Part shown: positions 1 through 13,119 of the stretch, one piece after another | Position numbering within the stretch: the first letter of the stretch is position 1 | How the letters are laid out: each line of letters begins with the position of its first letter | Source: Lama glama | Lineage: Eukaryota | Reading direction: 5' to 3' | NCBI GenBank assembly: GCA_028534125.1 | Contig: CM052816.1 | Coordinates: forward strand, 18,974,001-19,038,000 | DNA length: 64,000 nucleotides | Program-made: the position numbers and the translations under genes | Notes under the pieces: generated by a model | Seen by the model: only the letters and a program-made list of their open reading frames with translations | What the model was told of the DNA's origin: nothing | The model's database searches: none

Positions 1-124
1 TCATTTTCCCAGTGATTCATTTTTATTATTTTTTACAAATATTTTGGTCCAAAATGGATTGAAATTTTTTTTTTTAAAAAAGAGGGGTTCTTCACCACAT
101 ATAGTTTGAGAAGCACTGCCCTGG

Positions 125-280
125 AGAATGGTGGAGCAACCCAGAGGACCCTCCATCCCTGAATGACTACATGAAGCAGAGCCACCTGGCCACTTGGAAT
201 GTTCTTCTTGGACTGTTACAGGAATGGGAAATGAACTTCCTTCTTTAAGTCACGGTGTCATCGTGTGTCCCTGTTACAGG
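125..280 (+). mobile_element. MLT1 (MaLR LTR, MLT1J-like) 3' fragment
   Basis: cagagccacc...ggactgttaca...aaatgaacttc...tttaagtcac...tgttacag resembles the MLT1J 3' end. Confidence 0.55.
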
Positions 281-769
281 AACCTTACCTTCACTGGGAT
301 CGCCACAAAGGCATGATGTCTGCTGACTCTGAGCCACTGCTTTAGACCCAGGTAGATAGAAGCAAGCTGTTTCCAGAGAGAGCACAGGCTCATGGGAAAG
401 CAAACAAGGTGAGCATTACTTTTCACACCACAGAGTGTCCCCACAAAAGAGAGAAGAGCTAAAGTTCTTACATCTTCAGCTGAGTACTGGTAGGCTGATA
501 GCAAAGATGGAGCATGGAGCCATTCCAATGACCTGCAAGTGCCCAGCAGAACTTGGCTTTCCCTGGGTGGTTGTGGGAGGCACAGGGCTTCCATCAGCAA
601 GTATAGCAGTGGCCGTTTGAACCATGGCTGCCCCAGAAAGATGGCTCTATGGCCTCCCTCTTATGGGGCCAACTTGGAATAAGCGTTTGTAACTATTATT
701 AAAGAGTATTTAGGTAATGTAACTCACCTGTCCAGTTCTGTCAATTCCTAACTGGTAATCTCTTTTTGC

Positions 770-917
770 CTAAGTCTGTCTCTTTATCTGTAAATGGGTG
801 ATAATGATAGTACCTACTTATGCCATAGGATTTTCCAAGTTTCAATGAGAAATAGTCACATAAAGAGCTAAAACACATGCCTGGCTCATTAAAAGAGCTT
901 GATAAATGTTCGCTATT
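770..917 (+). mobile_element. MIR SINE
   Basis: atctgtaaatgggtgataatgatagtacctac...tgcctggctca...ttgataaatgtt; MIR core and tail. Confidence 0.75.
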
Positions 918-1214
918 GACTGATTTAGCTGCAAGCCAATTACCCTTTGTAATGAGATGATCTTTCCTTGGTCACCAGATGGTCCCTATGGTGCTTGAAG
1001 TCTGTAGGCCTTAGATACAAACCTTACTAGTGTAACTTGAATCTAATGCAGCAATATGATTTTGGGGCCAATGCTATACTTCAAATATGAAACTGTGATT
1101 AGAGGACTTAGAAAGGATATTAAATTATACCTGGTGATGGTCTGGTTGAAGCCCAGACAAACCTCACTGCCCTGAAGAACGCTTCATATTAAGCATAAGT
1201 ACATGACTATAGTG

Positions 1215-1405
1215 CCTTCCAGTTTACAAAGCAATTTCACATCCATCATCTGATATTAGCCTCACAATGTCCACTGAAGTAGAAGGGATTATTGTATCTA
1301 TAGCACAGATGAGGCAAGGGGCTCGGAGGTTAAGTGGCTCACCCGAGGTCACAGGGTTAATGAGAGGAGAACGTGGGGCTCAGAGACGCATCTGGTTCCA
1401 GGCCC
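1215..1405 (-). mobile_element. MIR SINE
   Basis: acagatgaggcaaggggctcggaggttaagtggctcacccgaggtcacag; reverse MIR core. Confidence 0.75.
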
Positions 1406-1536
1406 ATTTCTTTTTCCCAGATACTCTTGTGCTTCTCCAGGCTTGCCTCATGTGACCCAGGACACACCTCCACAGTCAGAGGTACGTTTACATTATGATT
1501 TGCAATCAAGCAAAAGATTAATAATGATGAATATAT

Positions 1537-1610
1537 GATTAGGTTCAACCATATAACACTGCTAATGTCTGGACTACAGAAATGGCAGTTTCATGTGGTT
1601 CAACTTCGTA
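1537..1610. mobile_element. MADE2 (mariner-derived MITE)
   Basis: attaggttcaaccatat...aatggcagtttcatgtggttcaac; ~75 bp inverted-repeat element matching MADE2. Confidence 0.75.
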
Positions 1611-1820
1611 ACTAACACTTACTTGATTACTTACCACAGGTTAGGCACTAAACCAAGCATTTTACAATTGCATTGGCTTATCTTATCACAGGAACTCTAT
1701 TATCTCCATTTTAGAGAAGAGGAATCTGAGGCCAGGGCTGCAAAACCAGTAAGTGATGAGGGTAGGACTTAAATCCAGGCATCTAAGTCCAGAGCACAAG
1801 CACTTAACCACTGTACTGCC
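1611..1820 (-). mobile_element. MIR SINE
   Basis: ccattttagagaagaggaatctgaggc...aaatccaggcatctaagtccagagc...cttaaccact. Confidence 0.75.
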
Positions 1821-1972
1821 CTACCATCTATTTCTCCAGCAGGAAGATATGAACTCCTAATGACAGAAACGATGTCTTATTCAACTGCACAGGACTACAT
1901 GCAACACCTGATATTCACTCATTCATTCATTTATTCATTCATTCAACAAATTTGAGAGCCTACTAGGATTCT

Positions 1973-2419
1973 TGTTGTGAGACAATTCTCCATGAGCCTT
2001 AACCATTTCTACATATTTTGTGAACAGAGGCACTGACTACTCTTTAGTCTGCTCCAGACTCTCTTTTCAAAAATATTTGTGTACTGAACAGACTTAGAAG
2101 ATAGGGATAGTGTCTGCTCCAGAACAAAAGGCAGACAGACTGTCCAGTATAAAAGAATCAGGTTCCCTAAGCTCAGGGTTCCTCTCCTATAACTCAGTGA
2201 GTATGTAGGTGTCATGTGGCCCTCTTCCTGTCACCCTAGAGATATCAGAGCTTGGGAACCATCCTCATGTTGCCAAAAACCCTGGTTACTGCCATTCCTG
2301 TGAGTAATAAAGTATCCTGTGCCTCTGACCAAGAGTCTCATATCTTCCACCAGCACGGAACTGTGGCAGGCTAACTTGTTAGCCTGCAAGGTGGATATCT
2401 CAGATCTGAGTTCCTGATA
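1973..2419 (+). mobile_element. Solo LTR, LTR40 family (ERVL)
   Basis: tgttgtgagacaattctccatg...tataaaagaatcaggttccctaagctcagggttcctctcc...aataaag...ggcaggctaacttgttagc...tgata; TATA and polyA signals present; TTCT flanks both ends. Confidence 0.85.
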
Positions 2420-2721
2420 TTCTCTGCAGGTGCTCGCCAAGTGAATGAATGCAGGTGATGAGCATTCTTTGTGTACAGGGCACAGTGTCTGAAACGTTTT
2501 CATATTGCCTTTCAGGGTGCTGGGGCCACCACTCCTAGAGAGATAATGCAAGGTGATAGCCAAGATAGCAGGTCTGGTTTCCCTGGGTGACCACTGATCT
2601 GCAAAAGAGCCACATCAGCACCAGCCTTTATTAGAGACTGACTGTGTGTCTGCTTCCAATTTTCTGAATTCCACAGTGTCTCCCTGTGAGCACTTTGTAA
2701 GTGCTTGTAGAGCAAAGGATC

Positions 2722-3185
2722 CATTCAGCTATTCAGCAAATACTGAGTACCTGCTATGTGCCTGGCTCTGTTCTAGGATTTGGGAGAATCAGACAGACAG
2801 GATCCCTGCTCTCATGGAGTTTATCACCTGGGAGAAGAGACAGTCAACACACCAAATATCAGAAAGTGATAAAAAGCTCTGTGATGATTTAAGGAGGAAA
2901 ATCTGCTAAACAGTCTGTGAAACCACTTTAGACTTCCACGCTGACATATGACTGATGAGAACCAGCCTTGTACAGATCGGATCGGGAGGATGAGTACTCC
3001 AAGCAGAGAGAATGAGATTGGTGCGTTCAAAGGAGAAGGAAGAAGCCAGTATGGATGGGGCTCAGCAAAAAAGGAGGTGATGACAGAGAGACAGAGAAAC
3101 CAGATTACATGGGGCTCTCTGGAGCTTCAAGGATGTTTCCTGTCAAAGTGATAGTGGGCACGCAATGGAGGGCTTTTCACCAGAA
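2722..3185 (-). mobile_element. L2 LINE 3' fragment
   Basis: attcagcaaatactgagtacctgctatgtgcctggctctgttctagg...tccctgctctcatggagttta. Confidence 0.75.
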
Positions 3186-5469
3186 CCCATCAGCCACAGT
3201 AACAAGAACCACCACACTGTAGATGGCATTGGATCCTGCACCATAAAGTCCTTTTACCTCAGCAACTCAGTCATCTGTAAGGTGACCATCTGCTGGAAAA
3301 ACAAATAAGTGAAAAACTTAAATAGCAAGCATCTCCAGAGAATGGGTATTTAACAAAGTAAACATATCGGATTTTTTATCTTTAAAAACGAGCAGAGCTT
3401 CTGTGACACCAGCTGAGTTCCATCGACGCAGGCTCCTACGGAAAACCCCTGCCCAGAGACTGCTTGAAGAACCAAAGTAGGAATCTTCCCCTGATTACAG
3501 GGCTACACAAGACCACTGATGTGTGAGGGGGGCTGCCAGACATCAGAGGGGGAGCCGAGGAAGACCTTGCAGGTGTGCGTTAGTCTAGGTTTTTTAAAGA
3601 AAGGGGGAGGGTCGGGATAGAAGACTTGGGGGTGGGGGATGGCTTGCAAATGTCAGAGTACCTCCCAGAGTACCTTATCTAATGGAGCTAATGGAAGTAT
3701 TTGTACAAAGAAAAGAAAAACTCAGTGACCAAGATGAAAATCATCTATTTAAAACAGCCACAACAAACCTCTAAACACTCAAACCCAGGGCAACAACTCC
3801 GTAAAGAAGAGCAGAGTGGCGTCATGAAAAAGAATGATCTATTATGAATGGTGACATAGACCATGTAAGCACATAAAGCTTGAATAAAATATTAGGCGGA
3901 AATAGACTGCAAACTTTCCATACACATTGATCAAATTGATGCAAAAATTAGCGACTGAAAGAGTTTCAGAGATGTCAAAGGTAGTTCAGAAGTGATGGCA
4001 GGTTACAGATTTTGTAAAGTTGCTCACTCAGTTAAATATTAGAAATGAAAGCCCTAGGCAACCAACTTTTGCTTACAACTACAATTTAACTTCACGTTAA
4101 CAAAATAGACGGGGGAAAGACAACTTTGATTGTGTAGATCTAATTACAATGATAAATAAAATAATTCATACAAAAAATCTGAAATGAAAGGTCTTTCCTG
4201 ATTTCAAAACTGGAATACAGCTTTTAAGGAAAACACATTTTCCAGAACCAGCAAGACCGAACATAACAGAAACGACTCCATCTAGAAACCCATTACTCTG
4301 GCCAAGCTACTACAAGAGTCATTGGAAATAAAAGTGCACACCATTAGCTGTTGAATATCCTTAGGCATTTATGGCTTTCTCTCTGCTACAAGCAGCAGTT
4401 TTAATAAGTCGCCCTGTCCAGATTCCCCTAATGATATGCTTTCTACATAAAAAAGGGCTTGTGAAACCTAATTCCTCCGACAGAAGCGAGCTCAGGTCTC
4501 TGAAGCAGCGAAGATTTCAGATTTCCGCTGGGTTTCCTTGCACCTGCCCTTGTGAGGCATGAGGTTTTGTGTGCAGAAGCCTCCAGGGGTTGAAATTTAG
4601 CCCTGTCCGTGTAGCAGGAAGGTCAGCCGAAGTCACTGGGTCCCAAGACACTGGACTTCAATCTCCGACCAAAAACAAAACATCAAAACACTTCTATTCA
4701 CTGGGACGTGCTTAGCAGCGCGCTGGCATTTACAAATGTAACGCAGCACCGTGCAGCTCGGGGAAGGGGCTATGCTTAGAAAGTCAATTGTTCTTCGGAG
4801 ATCTGACAACCTCTATCAGATCTCTGTCAGCCCGGCTCCAACAAACACTCCAGAGAAAGCCAGCCTCCTCCAGGCTGAGCCCTGGCTGCCACCTGATACC
4901 TGAATGAAGAGCAGAGCCAGCAAAATCCAAACTCCTTTCGAGACGTCGGCTTCTGTGGGAAATGGTTTTGATTTTCTCAAAAAACATTAATGTGGAAGAA
5001 AATTAATTTTCAATTGGCTTTTAAAAACTGTTGCATACCCACTCATCAGAGCCGTAGTCTTTTTCCAGGAAGAAAATCTCTGCCCCATTTATCTGTGTAT
5101 TTCTTGGTAAGTACTTTCCCATCTGCCCAGAGTACTTACCAAGTACTTGATACTATTATTATTATTTGTTATAATGATGATAAATGCAATAGCAGTCAGT
5201 GGCTTAGCAGCGGCACCAACTAGGGCAATGGGGATCTAAAAGAGGGGCAATTAATTCTAACGAAGGCATCAGGTAAGGCTTCCAAGACAGCATCTGAGTA
5301 GAGTGAGGCTTCAAAGATGGAGAGAACCTTTGTACAGGGACAACATACTTTTGAAAAGGAAAGTGATGAGATTACTATAGAGAATTTAGAAATAGCGAAC
5401 AAAGAATAAAGAATAAAAGAAAATGATCTTTAATTCCATCACCCAAAGGTAACTATTATTTCTCTTTTA

Positions 5470-6855
5470 ATCAGAATAACTTTAGTGAGGTATAATTTAC
5501 AGGCAATAATATGTACACGTGTACAACCTGTTGAGTATTGACAAATGAATACACTTGTTTAGCCACCGTCTCAATCAAAACACAGAGCATTTCTATCGCC
5601 CTATAAATGTCCCTGTGTCGCCTTCCATTCAATTCTCTTCCTTCTCTGGCCCCAATCACTGATTCGCTTCCTGCCACTTTAGTTTTACCGGTTCTAGACT
5701 TCCATATAAATGGAATCATACAGTATGTACTCTTTCGTGCTTCTTTCACTCAGGATCATGTGTTTAAGAGTCAGTCATGTTGTTATATTTACCAGTGATT
5801 CAAACTCTTTTATTTGCTAAATGATACTTCACTGCACGTGTGTATCACACTATGTTTATACACTCACCTATTAATGGACATTTGGGTTGTTTCTGGTTTG
5901 GGGCTACAATGAATAAGGCTATAAACATTCATGCACAAATCTTTGAGCAGATGTATATTTTCAGTTCTCTTGGGAAAACACCTAAAAGCAGAATTCCTGA
6001 GCCATATGATAAGGGTATATTTAACTTTATAAGAAACTGCCGAACTGCTTTCCAAAGTAGTTGTACCATTTTCCAACTCCTGCCAGCAGTATGCGGGTTA
6101 CGATTCCTTCAAATACTTGCGCAGACTTGGTATCCTTATCCTTTTTTATTTTAGCCATTCTAATAGATGTATAGTGACATTATATTATGATTTTAATTTG
6201 TATTTGCCTGATGTCTAGTGATGTTGAGCATCTTTTCATATTCTTATTGGCCTTCCATAGACTGTATATCTTCTTTTGTAAAGTGTCAGTTCAAATCCTT
6301 TGCCCATTTTTATACTGTTTTTTATTTCAGACATACATTCAATGTACAATCAGGTTAATACATCATATACATATATTAGTCATTCCCAAACACCTGGTGA
6401 GGGAGCTAGCAGAAAAGAACATAAAGTCAAAGGAATAGTAGAAGATATTTCTAAAACAAAAGTCATTACACTTTAAATTTTTAAACCAGAGTTGATTACT
6501 GCTACTTATTTTTTCTTTGCCAGATTTTTAATTGGGTTATTTGTCTTCTTATCACAAAGTTATAAATGCTCCGTTTGTATTCTGGATGCCGCTCCTCTGT
6601 CAGATAGATACATTTCAACTTTTTTTCCTATTCTGTATGCTTGGGTTTTCATTTTCTTAACAGTGTCTTTTCAAGAGCAGAAGACTTTAATTTTCATGAA
6701 GTCCAATTTATCTTTTTCTTTTACCACTCATGATTTTTGTTTCCTATCTAGGATAGATTTGCCTACTCCAAGGTTGTAAAGGTTGCCTATTCCCAGGTTT
6801 GTTCTGGAAATGTTATAATTTTAGCCTTTACATTTAGAATTATGATTTATTTTAA
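5470..6855 (-). mobile_element. Old L1M (L1MB/MD-like) 3' UTR plus ORF2 end, interrupted at 6313-6514
   Basis: Typical reverse L1 text: aatggaatcatacagtatgtactc, tggacatttgggttgtttc, agccattctaatagatgt, gttgagcatcttttcata. Confidence 0.9.
6313..6514 (-). pseudogene. Putative 5'-truncated retrocopy (mRNA 3' UTR end) inserted in the L1
   Basis: Non-L1 AT-rich insert flanked by CTTTGCCCATTTTTA (6298-6312) and CTTTGCCAGATTTTTA (6515-6530); minus-strand AATAAA at 6321-6326 near its 3' end. Confidence 0.6.
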
Positions 6856-7064
6856 CCTAAGCCTCTTTTGGCATATTATATCCTTTCATTAAAAAGGTCT
6901 CCTGTTCATTTTCAATAGAGAAGACTAGGGGTCTTGCGATCCCTTCTCTAACGGAGCTGACCTCAAGGGCATGAGTTGGAATTTGATGGAGACCAGTAAA
7001 ATTTTCACAAATTAAATCCCCATCCTCTGACCATAGATCACTCCCAAGCCCAAATAAGAGTCTC

Positions 7065-7437
7065 ATCAGCTGCTGTGAGTGTTGGCTGCTAACAGCTCAC
7101 AAATGCCTCCTTCAGAGAACGACCCTCAACTGATGGGAGCAAGGGACAGCCTAGGTGGCTATATCCTCCCTTTTGGCAGTCTGCAGCCAATAACCTATCA
7201 ATGGCAGTGTCGGGTGGGACAATCTAGAGGTATTAGGCATGCTCCAGAGCTTCCTGTGGGACCAGGTTGAAACTGGACTTCAACTGAACCCACATCTTTG
7301 CCTAACTTCTTCCTCTGTCCTATCCTATTTCATGCACCCCTGTACAAGTGTTGATCTAAGAATACTAGTACAACACATCACTTGCTCAAGAATCCCTGAT
7401 TCAGGCTCTGCTTTTAGAGAATGCAACCTAAAGCTAT
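7065..7437 (+). mobile_element. LTR16-family ERVL LTR
   Basis: gctgctaacagctcaca...gggacaatct...ctccagagcttcctgtggga...cttcttcctctgtcctatcct...aacctaaag. Confidence 0.75.
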
Positions 7438-8149
7438 TAGCTGGGCTTTCAGAAAAGGATGCAGCTACCCTTAAGGCTTACACTGAAAGCAGGAGCTGTC
7501 ATATCTCCTCTCCGGGCCTCAGTCTCCCCATCCATCAGGGGATTTATTAAGATCCTTGGCTATGCTCATATTCTGTGATCTAACTCAAACAAATGCTGCT
7601 TGGTAGCTCTTCCTCTGCAGAAGTTTCCCAGAACACACTATTATACACTGGTTCTTGTGGGTCATCATGCCTTCCACTCTGCCAGTTTTAATATATATTA
7701 TTTCAACCAATCATTAGGGATGCCTACATCACTCACCTCAGAGCAAGTGGTCCCCTGAGCTAAAGGCAAGCATCTTTGTTTCACTCATTATTTAGAATAT
7801 CATACACAAACTTCCAGAGATGCATCATCCCACAATAGACTTGATTTGGGCGTCTAGAAAACACAGCCTTCAATTGTAAGCCCATGAAACGCTACACCAT
7901 AATTATAGTTTCCAGGCACCTCTAATGACCCATTAAGATGGATTTGCAGAGTCGGCAGGGTCTGCAGCCAGCAGCAGGGGAGACTGCAGGCTCTGGTGCT
8001 TTCTCTCTGTGGGCAGAGACCCACCAGAAGTAAGTCTGCTACAGAGGAAAGTCATGGGGGCAGATGAGATTTTATCATCTAATACTCATTGCCACCAAGA
8101 ATACCAAGCTGAGATTCTTCCATTGCCTGGAACAAGAAATCCTTTTGAG

Positions 8150-8640
8150 AAAGGAGAACACCTCATACTTGGCTTATGGAAATGCAAATTGGTACATTCA
8201 CTATGGAAAACAATTTGACATTATCTGGTAAAATGCTATTTACCTTGGGCCCAGCAATTCAACTCCTAGTCATATATTCTAGAGGAAATTTTGCTCTTGA
8301 GTACCAAGAGATAAGTAAAAGAAGCATTGTTTATAGTAGCCCCAAACTGGAAAGAACTGAAATACCTATTTTAAGGATGATGCATAAATCCCCTGGGGTA
8401 CCAGCATACGACAGAGTATTAAGCATGAATGGACTATAGCTACACACATAAACATGAGTGGATCTTTTTATAATACTGAATGAAAAAAGTAGATCACAAA
8501 GACTATATAAACCAGGTATAATACTCTTTTTATAAAGCAAACAAAAGAAGAATGAGAACCACTGACTTCAGGATGGTGCTCAGGGGCAGGACAGAGGGAT
8601 AAGACACAAGAGGGACACGTAGGTGGAGGTGCCAGTAAGG
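8150..8640 (+). mobile_element. L1ME-like 3' fragment
   Basis: aaatgcaaattggtacattcactatggaaaacaatttgaca...cccagcaattcaactcctag. Confidence 0.7.
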
Positions 8641-8645
8641 GTGAC

Positions 8646-9101
8646 TATAGTTAGTTGAACAGTGTCCCCTCCAAAAAAAAAATGTCCAAGTCCTCACTCC
8701 TAGTATGTGTGAATATGACCTTATTTGGAAATAAGGCCTTTGCGGATGTAATCAAGTTAAGGATCTAGGGCTGAGATCATTCTGGATTTAAGGTGGGTCC
8801 TAAATCCAGTGACTGCTGTCTAAGAAAGAGAGGGAGATGTGAGACACAGACACAGGGAAGATGGCCATGTGCGGATAGAGGCAGAGACTGGAGAGATATT
8901 ACTCTAAGCCAGGGAATGCCAGGAGCCACCAGAAGCTGGAAGAGGAAAGAGTCTTCCCTTGGGCCTTTGGAGAGAGCGTGGCACAGCAGACACCTAGATT
9001 TTGGACTTTGAGCCTCCAGAACTGTGAGTGAATACATTTCTGCTGTTTTCAGCAACTCAGCTTGTGCTAATTTGTTACGGCAGCCCAAGGAAATGAATTC
9101 A
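8646..9101 (+). mobile_element. MLT1C/MLT1B solo LTR (MaLR)
   Basis: gaccttatttggaaataaggcctttgcggatgtaatcaagttaaggatct...gcctccagaactgtgag...tttgttacggcagccc; full length about 456 bp. Confidence 0.9.
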
Positions 9102-9334
9102 GTGGTGTTCTAGATCTTAGGTTGCATGACACGTTTCTAGGTGCTCATTAAAAAATTTTGCGTCATAACAGGTACCTTACATGTGTTCCATCGCATGAAG
9201 CAAGCATTACAAAATATGCTTGGGGAAAAGGGGTAGAAAAGCATGCATAAGCAAAGCCTATGTTCTTTGTTTCCTGAGAGATTTGTTGTTTAAGTTTCCT
9301 AAGAGATTTGAGGAATTTCATGGGTATCAAGTTT

Positions 9335-9550
9335 GCACTATGTGTCAAGGATCATGCTGAGCATTTTATAGATGATGTGACATTTGATTGTCAAAGTAAC
9401 CATGTGGTAAATAAATATCCATTTTGCAGATAAGAAAACTGAGGCTGGAGGGCAAGGAAATGCTTGCCTAAGGTACCACAGCGAATACATGGCAGAACAA
9501 GGACTCAAATGAGGGTCAGTTTGCAAAGTCCATGCCTTTCCCACCGTAGC
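9335..9550 (-). mobile_element. MIR SINE
   Basis: ccattttgcagataagaaaactgaggct...ttgcctaaggt. Confidence 0.75.
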
Positions 9551-9971
9551 ACCTCAGGTCACTTCTGTTTTCCTCAAGCTTGTTAGCTCCCAAACACCAG
9601 ATGTTACCAGTTGTAACTCCAGGCCCCAAAAGGTAAACACATACCTGCTTTATCTCCTGTTCTAGGTTTCCCCAGAAAGAGCTGGATGAACATCATTTGT
9701 TCATGAGCATTTTCACATCAATTATGCATTTAAGGGGTCTTCTATCTTCCAATACCTCTCACCATGACCTATGCAGGTCACCTTAAATCAAAGAATGCAA
9801 TTCATCCATCATCCATTCCTTGCGCAGGCTATACCAAACCAAGAAATACAGGAATCAAGGTGAAATCAAGTTTCCGCTCTCTCCTCCTCCTGGGGGGTAG
9901 AAGTGGAGGTAACACTGCTTCTGTACTTATGAAGGACCAGCTGAACAATCAGTTCAAGAGGAATGAACTCT

Positions 9972-10083
9972 CAGGATACATTTCCCCAGGTTTACCTGAG
10001 ACTGTTCCTGTATTAGCACTGGATGACCCATATTCCAAGAAGCCCCTCAGTGTTGGACAAGCCAGGACAATTTGGTCACCCTT
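9972..10083. mobile_element. MER81 (hAT-Blackjack MITE)
   Basis: ccaggtttacctgagactgttcctgtattagcactg...aagcccctcagt...caggacaatttggtcaccct. Confidence 0.7.
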
Positions 10084-12019
10084 CCTGGAGGAAACCTCCT
10101 TTTCTTCCAGAATCTACAAGTATTTACAAGCAGTGGGAAAGAGAAACCTGGGTCATCTGTTTCAACCACATATACTTCCTCTGGCACCCAATTTGAGGCC
10201 ATGCCCCCTCCCCGACGTTTTCCTATGAGAAAAGACATTTGTTAGACCCTGAGGCCAAGCCAGGATGCTGGGGTCTGGGGTGTGGGAGGCACGCTCACTC
10301 CACTGGAGCAGGTGCTGCCTTCATTCCTTCCCTTGTCCACCCCTTCAGCAATCAGTGAGTTTTAATTAATTGATAACCAAAGGTCAGCTTTCAAAGCTGC
10401 CTCCCAGCTTCCCTGCCATCAATGCTCAGGAGGAAACGCCGTGATGATACCTTGGACCGAAGTCCCAAAGCAGCAGGGCACCCTTGTCTAACACTGGCTC
10501 TTCCGATCCTCACTTCATCATCATGAACAAATGCAGATTCACAACACTCTGCGGTTTATATACCTTCTTCCTGCATTCAGTGGCTCATTGGGTCCTCAGG
10601 TAAACAGCATGCATCTGTTCATCTCCATTTTAACAGACAGAAACAGACTAAAGGTCATGGGTCAAGAAAGTAGCAGAGTCAAACCTGACACTGATGCCAA
10701 GCCTCCCAAGGCCTCGTAATGCCAGTTCCCTCTCTGAAGGGCTTCAAGAACAACAGGGAAGAAATCAAGAAGGAATCACCATTTTTCACCCTCCCACCTC
10801 CCCCACCCCCTCAAAAAATGTTTCATAATCCTGGAAAACACTCAGCAGATGGTTGATTCAGGAAGAAATTCAGGGCTGCCAGCTTTTCTCCACCACAAAA
10901 ACCTGACACCTCCTCCCCCACTGCCTCACACACACAGTGGTAGGTGACGATCCCGACATAGGAGCCCAGTGCGAGGCAAGGGCCACAGAGCAGTGGGGGC
11001 GAGGCGCAGGAGACCACAAGGACCCCTGCCCTGCACAGTCAGTTGAAGTGTTCCCTTCTACCCTCAAAGGGAGAGAGCCAGTTTGAGATAATTGTAGGCT
11101 GCCCCCAGAGACTCACCCCAAAGTCCCCAGGCTGGGCATGACAGATGTGCCTCCCCCTAACTGAGATTTGGCTCAAGAGAAAAGGCACATGGCTCATCTT
11201 TCACTTTCCTGGCTGTGAACCTAGGGTGGGGAGGGAATGGGGTGGAGACTGATCTGATAAATGCCATTCAGGAAAGTGGCTCGGGTGGCAAGGGCCATGC
11301 ACATGTGAGTTCACGTGTGTGTGCGTCTGTAGTGTGCAAGCACCCACAAATAAGGACACTCTACAGAAAGATTTTAAACAGGGCTTGAATCCATTTGTCA
11401 ATACCATCTACTTACTCGGCCCCTACTGAAAGGGCTGTTGAGGAAGCTAAGATGGGTGGGTAGGCACTGGTCTCCAGGAGAAATGAGCCATGCGACCACT
11501 GTCCTCATCCTAAGCGTACACTGAGCCAGGCATGGAGTAAGCACTGGGAGCACACAGAAGTCATTTCATTTCAAATGGGAGAAAGTCGGGAAGAAGGATG
11601 GTGGAGCTCTTTTGAAATGGTCCCATCCCTTCCAGGAGAAGAAAGCCGGTACAAAAGCTACCATGTGGCAGTGTGGTCCCCCAAGTCCCCTCCATTGGCA
11701 GGAACTGGAGCAAACCACAGGAAGGCTCTCGTTTCAGATCAGCTTGGGAGGGTCCCTGGGTGATGCCCAGAGCAATCCCACAGTCCACGATTTCTGCCCT
11801 CGGCTTCAGGGTCCCTGCCCCAAAGTCATCGCTCACCTCCCCACCTCAGATCTCACCCATTCCAGCCTGTCCTCCAGAAGGCCACTGGTGGGTTTTTAAA
11901 CACAGGTCTGACAACCTCATTCTTTGGGTTTTTCTAGAGCTATGAAATAAAAATCCCAAAGGATAAAATTTCAGACTATTCACCTCTTCTGCCTCACCAG
12001 ACTCATCTCTCCTTGTCAC

Positions 12020-12360
12020 CTCCACATGTAGCCTGAAATCATGTTTTCTGTACATTCAGGCTTTGGCCCAGGCTGTGTCCTCTCCTGGGACATTCTCTTC
12101 CCCTGCCTCACATCCTTCACACTCCAACTCCTACACTCAGGTTATAGCACCTCCCTCAAGGCCATCTCTGAACTCCCTTTAGCCTCATGCTGCAGGATTT
12201 GTCTCCACACTGCACTGACCATGCTGACCCAGGACAACTGGCCTTCCTGTCTGGCTCTCCCTCTAGACTGTGAGTCCTCTGAGGACAGGGCATGCCCTTC
12301 ACCATTTCCGCAAGCCCAGGACCAGCACCTAGTAGGATCTGACTGAAAACACTCTTGGGT
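12020..12360 (+). mobile_element. L2 LINE 3' fragment
   Basis: ggctgtgtcctctcctggga...ctagactgtgagtcctctgaggacaggg. Confidence 0.65.
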
Positions 12361-12939
12361 TAGCAAATGGACCCCATTACTTCCTCAGCTTGCCCAGGAA
12401 GCTTCTTGGGTGTAGTCTACAACGCTCGCAGGCATCCGCTTGGGCAGGAACCCCAGCCTGGGGGTTCATGGCATACTTCTGGATGGACACACACCTGATG
12501 CCTTATCTAGCAGTCCTACAGGCCCCAGAGAGGATTCCTCCACCTCTCTCAAATGCTGTTTCAGGATTCAAGCACCTCCTAAATTCAAATGATTTTAACG
12601 TATCTTTTGAAAGTTTACTGTATGAGATGTACTTTGCATTCATTATCTCACTTAATCCTTAAAATATCCAGCAATTTAAAAAAAATAACCCATCTATATT
12701 CCATGTTTCAGATGAGGAAACTGAGACATTGTGGAGTGGAAGAATAGAATCACATTCCTACAACTCTTTCTCACTAGCTACCTTGAAACACAGGTAGTCC
12801 TTCATCAAAAAAAAAAAAAAAAAGCCCAACATAGCCAACACTCAGCATATCTAGTAAGTGACAGTGAGAGGCAGTGAACTTTTTTGTTTCATAAACACTG
12901 ACTACTATTTCTTCCACCCACTACATGCCCTGGGCAAGT

Positions 12940-13119
12940 CATTCAATTAAAATTAATACAACTTAATAAATATCTATTGAGTGCCCTTTATGTGGCAGGC
13001 ACGCTTCTGGGTACTCGGGAAATACAAAGGACAAAGAGACCTGCTCTCAAAGAGCTAGTGGACAAAGACGATAACAAACAATGCACATAATAAATAAGAA
13101 AGTACTACTATATCAGAAG
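12940..13119 (-). mobile_element. L2 LINE 3' end
   Basis: aataaatatctattgagtgccctttatgtggcaggcac...cctgctctcaaagagct. Confidence 0.7.
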
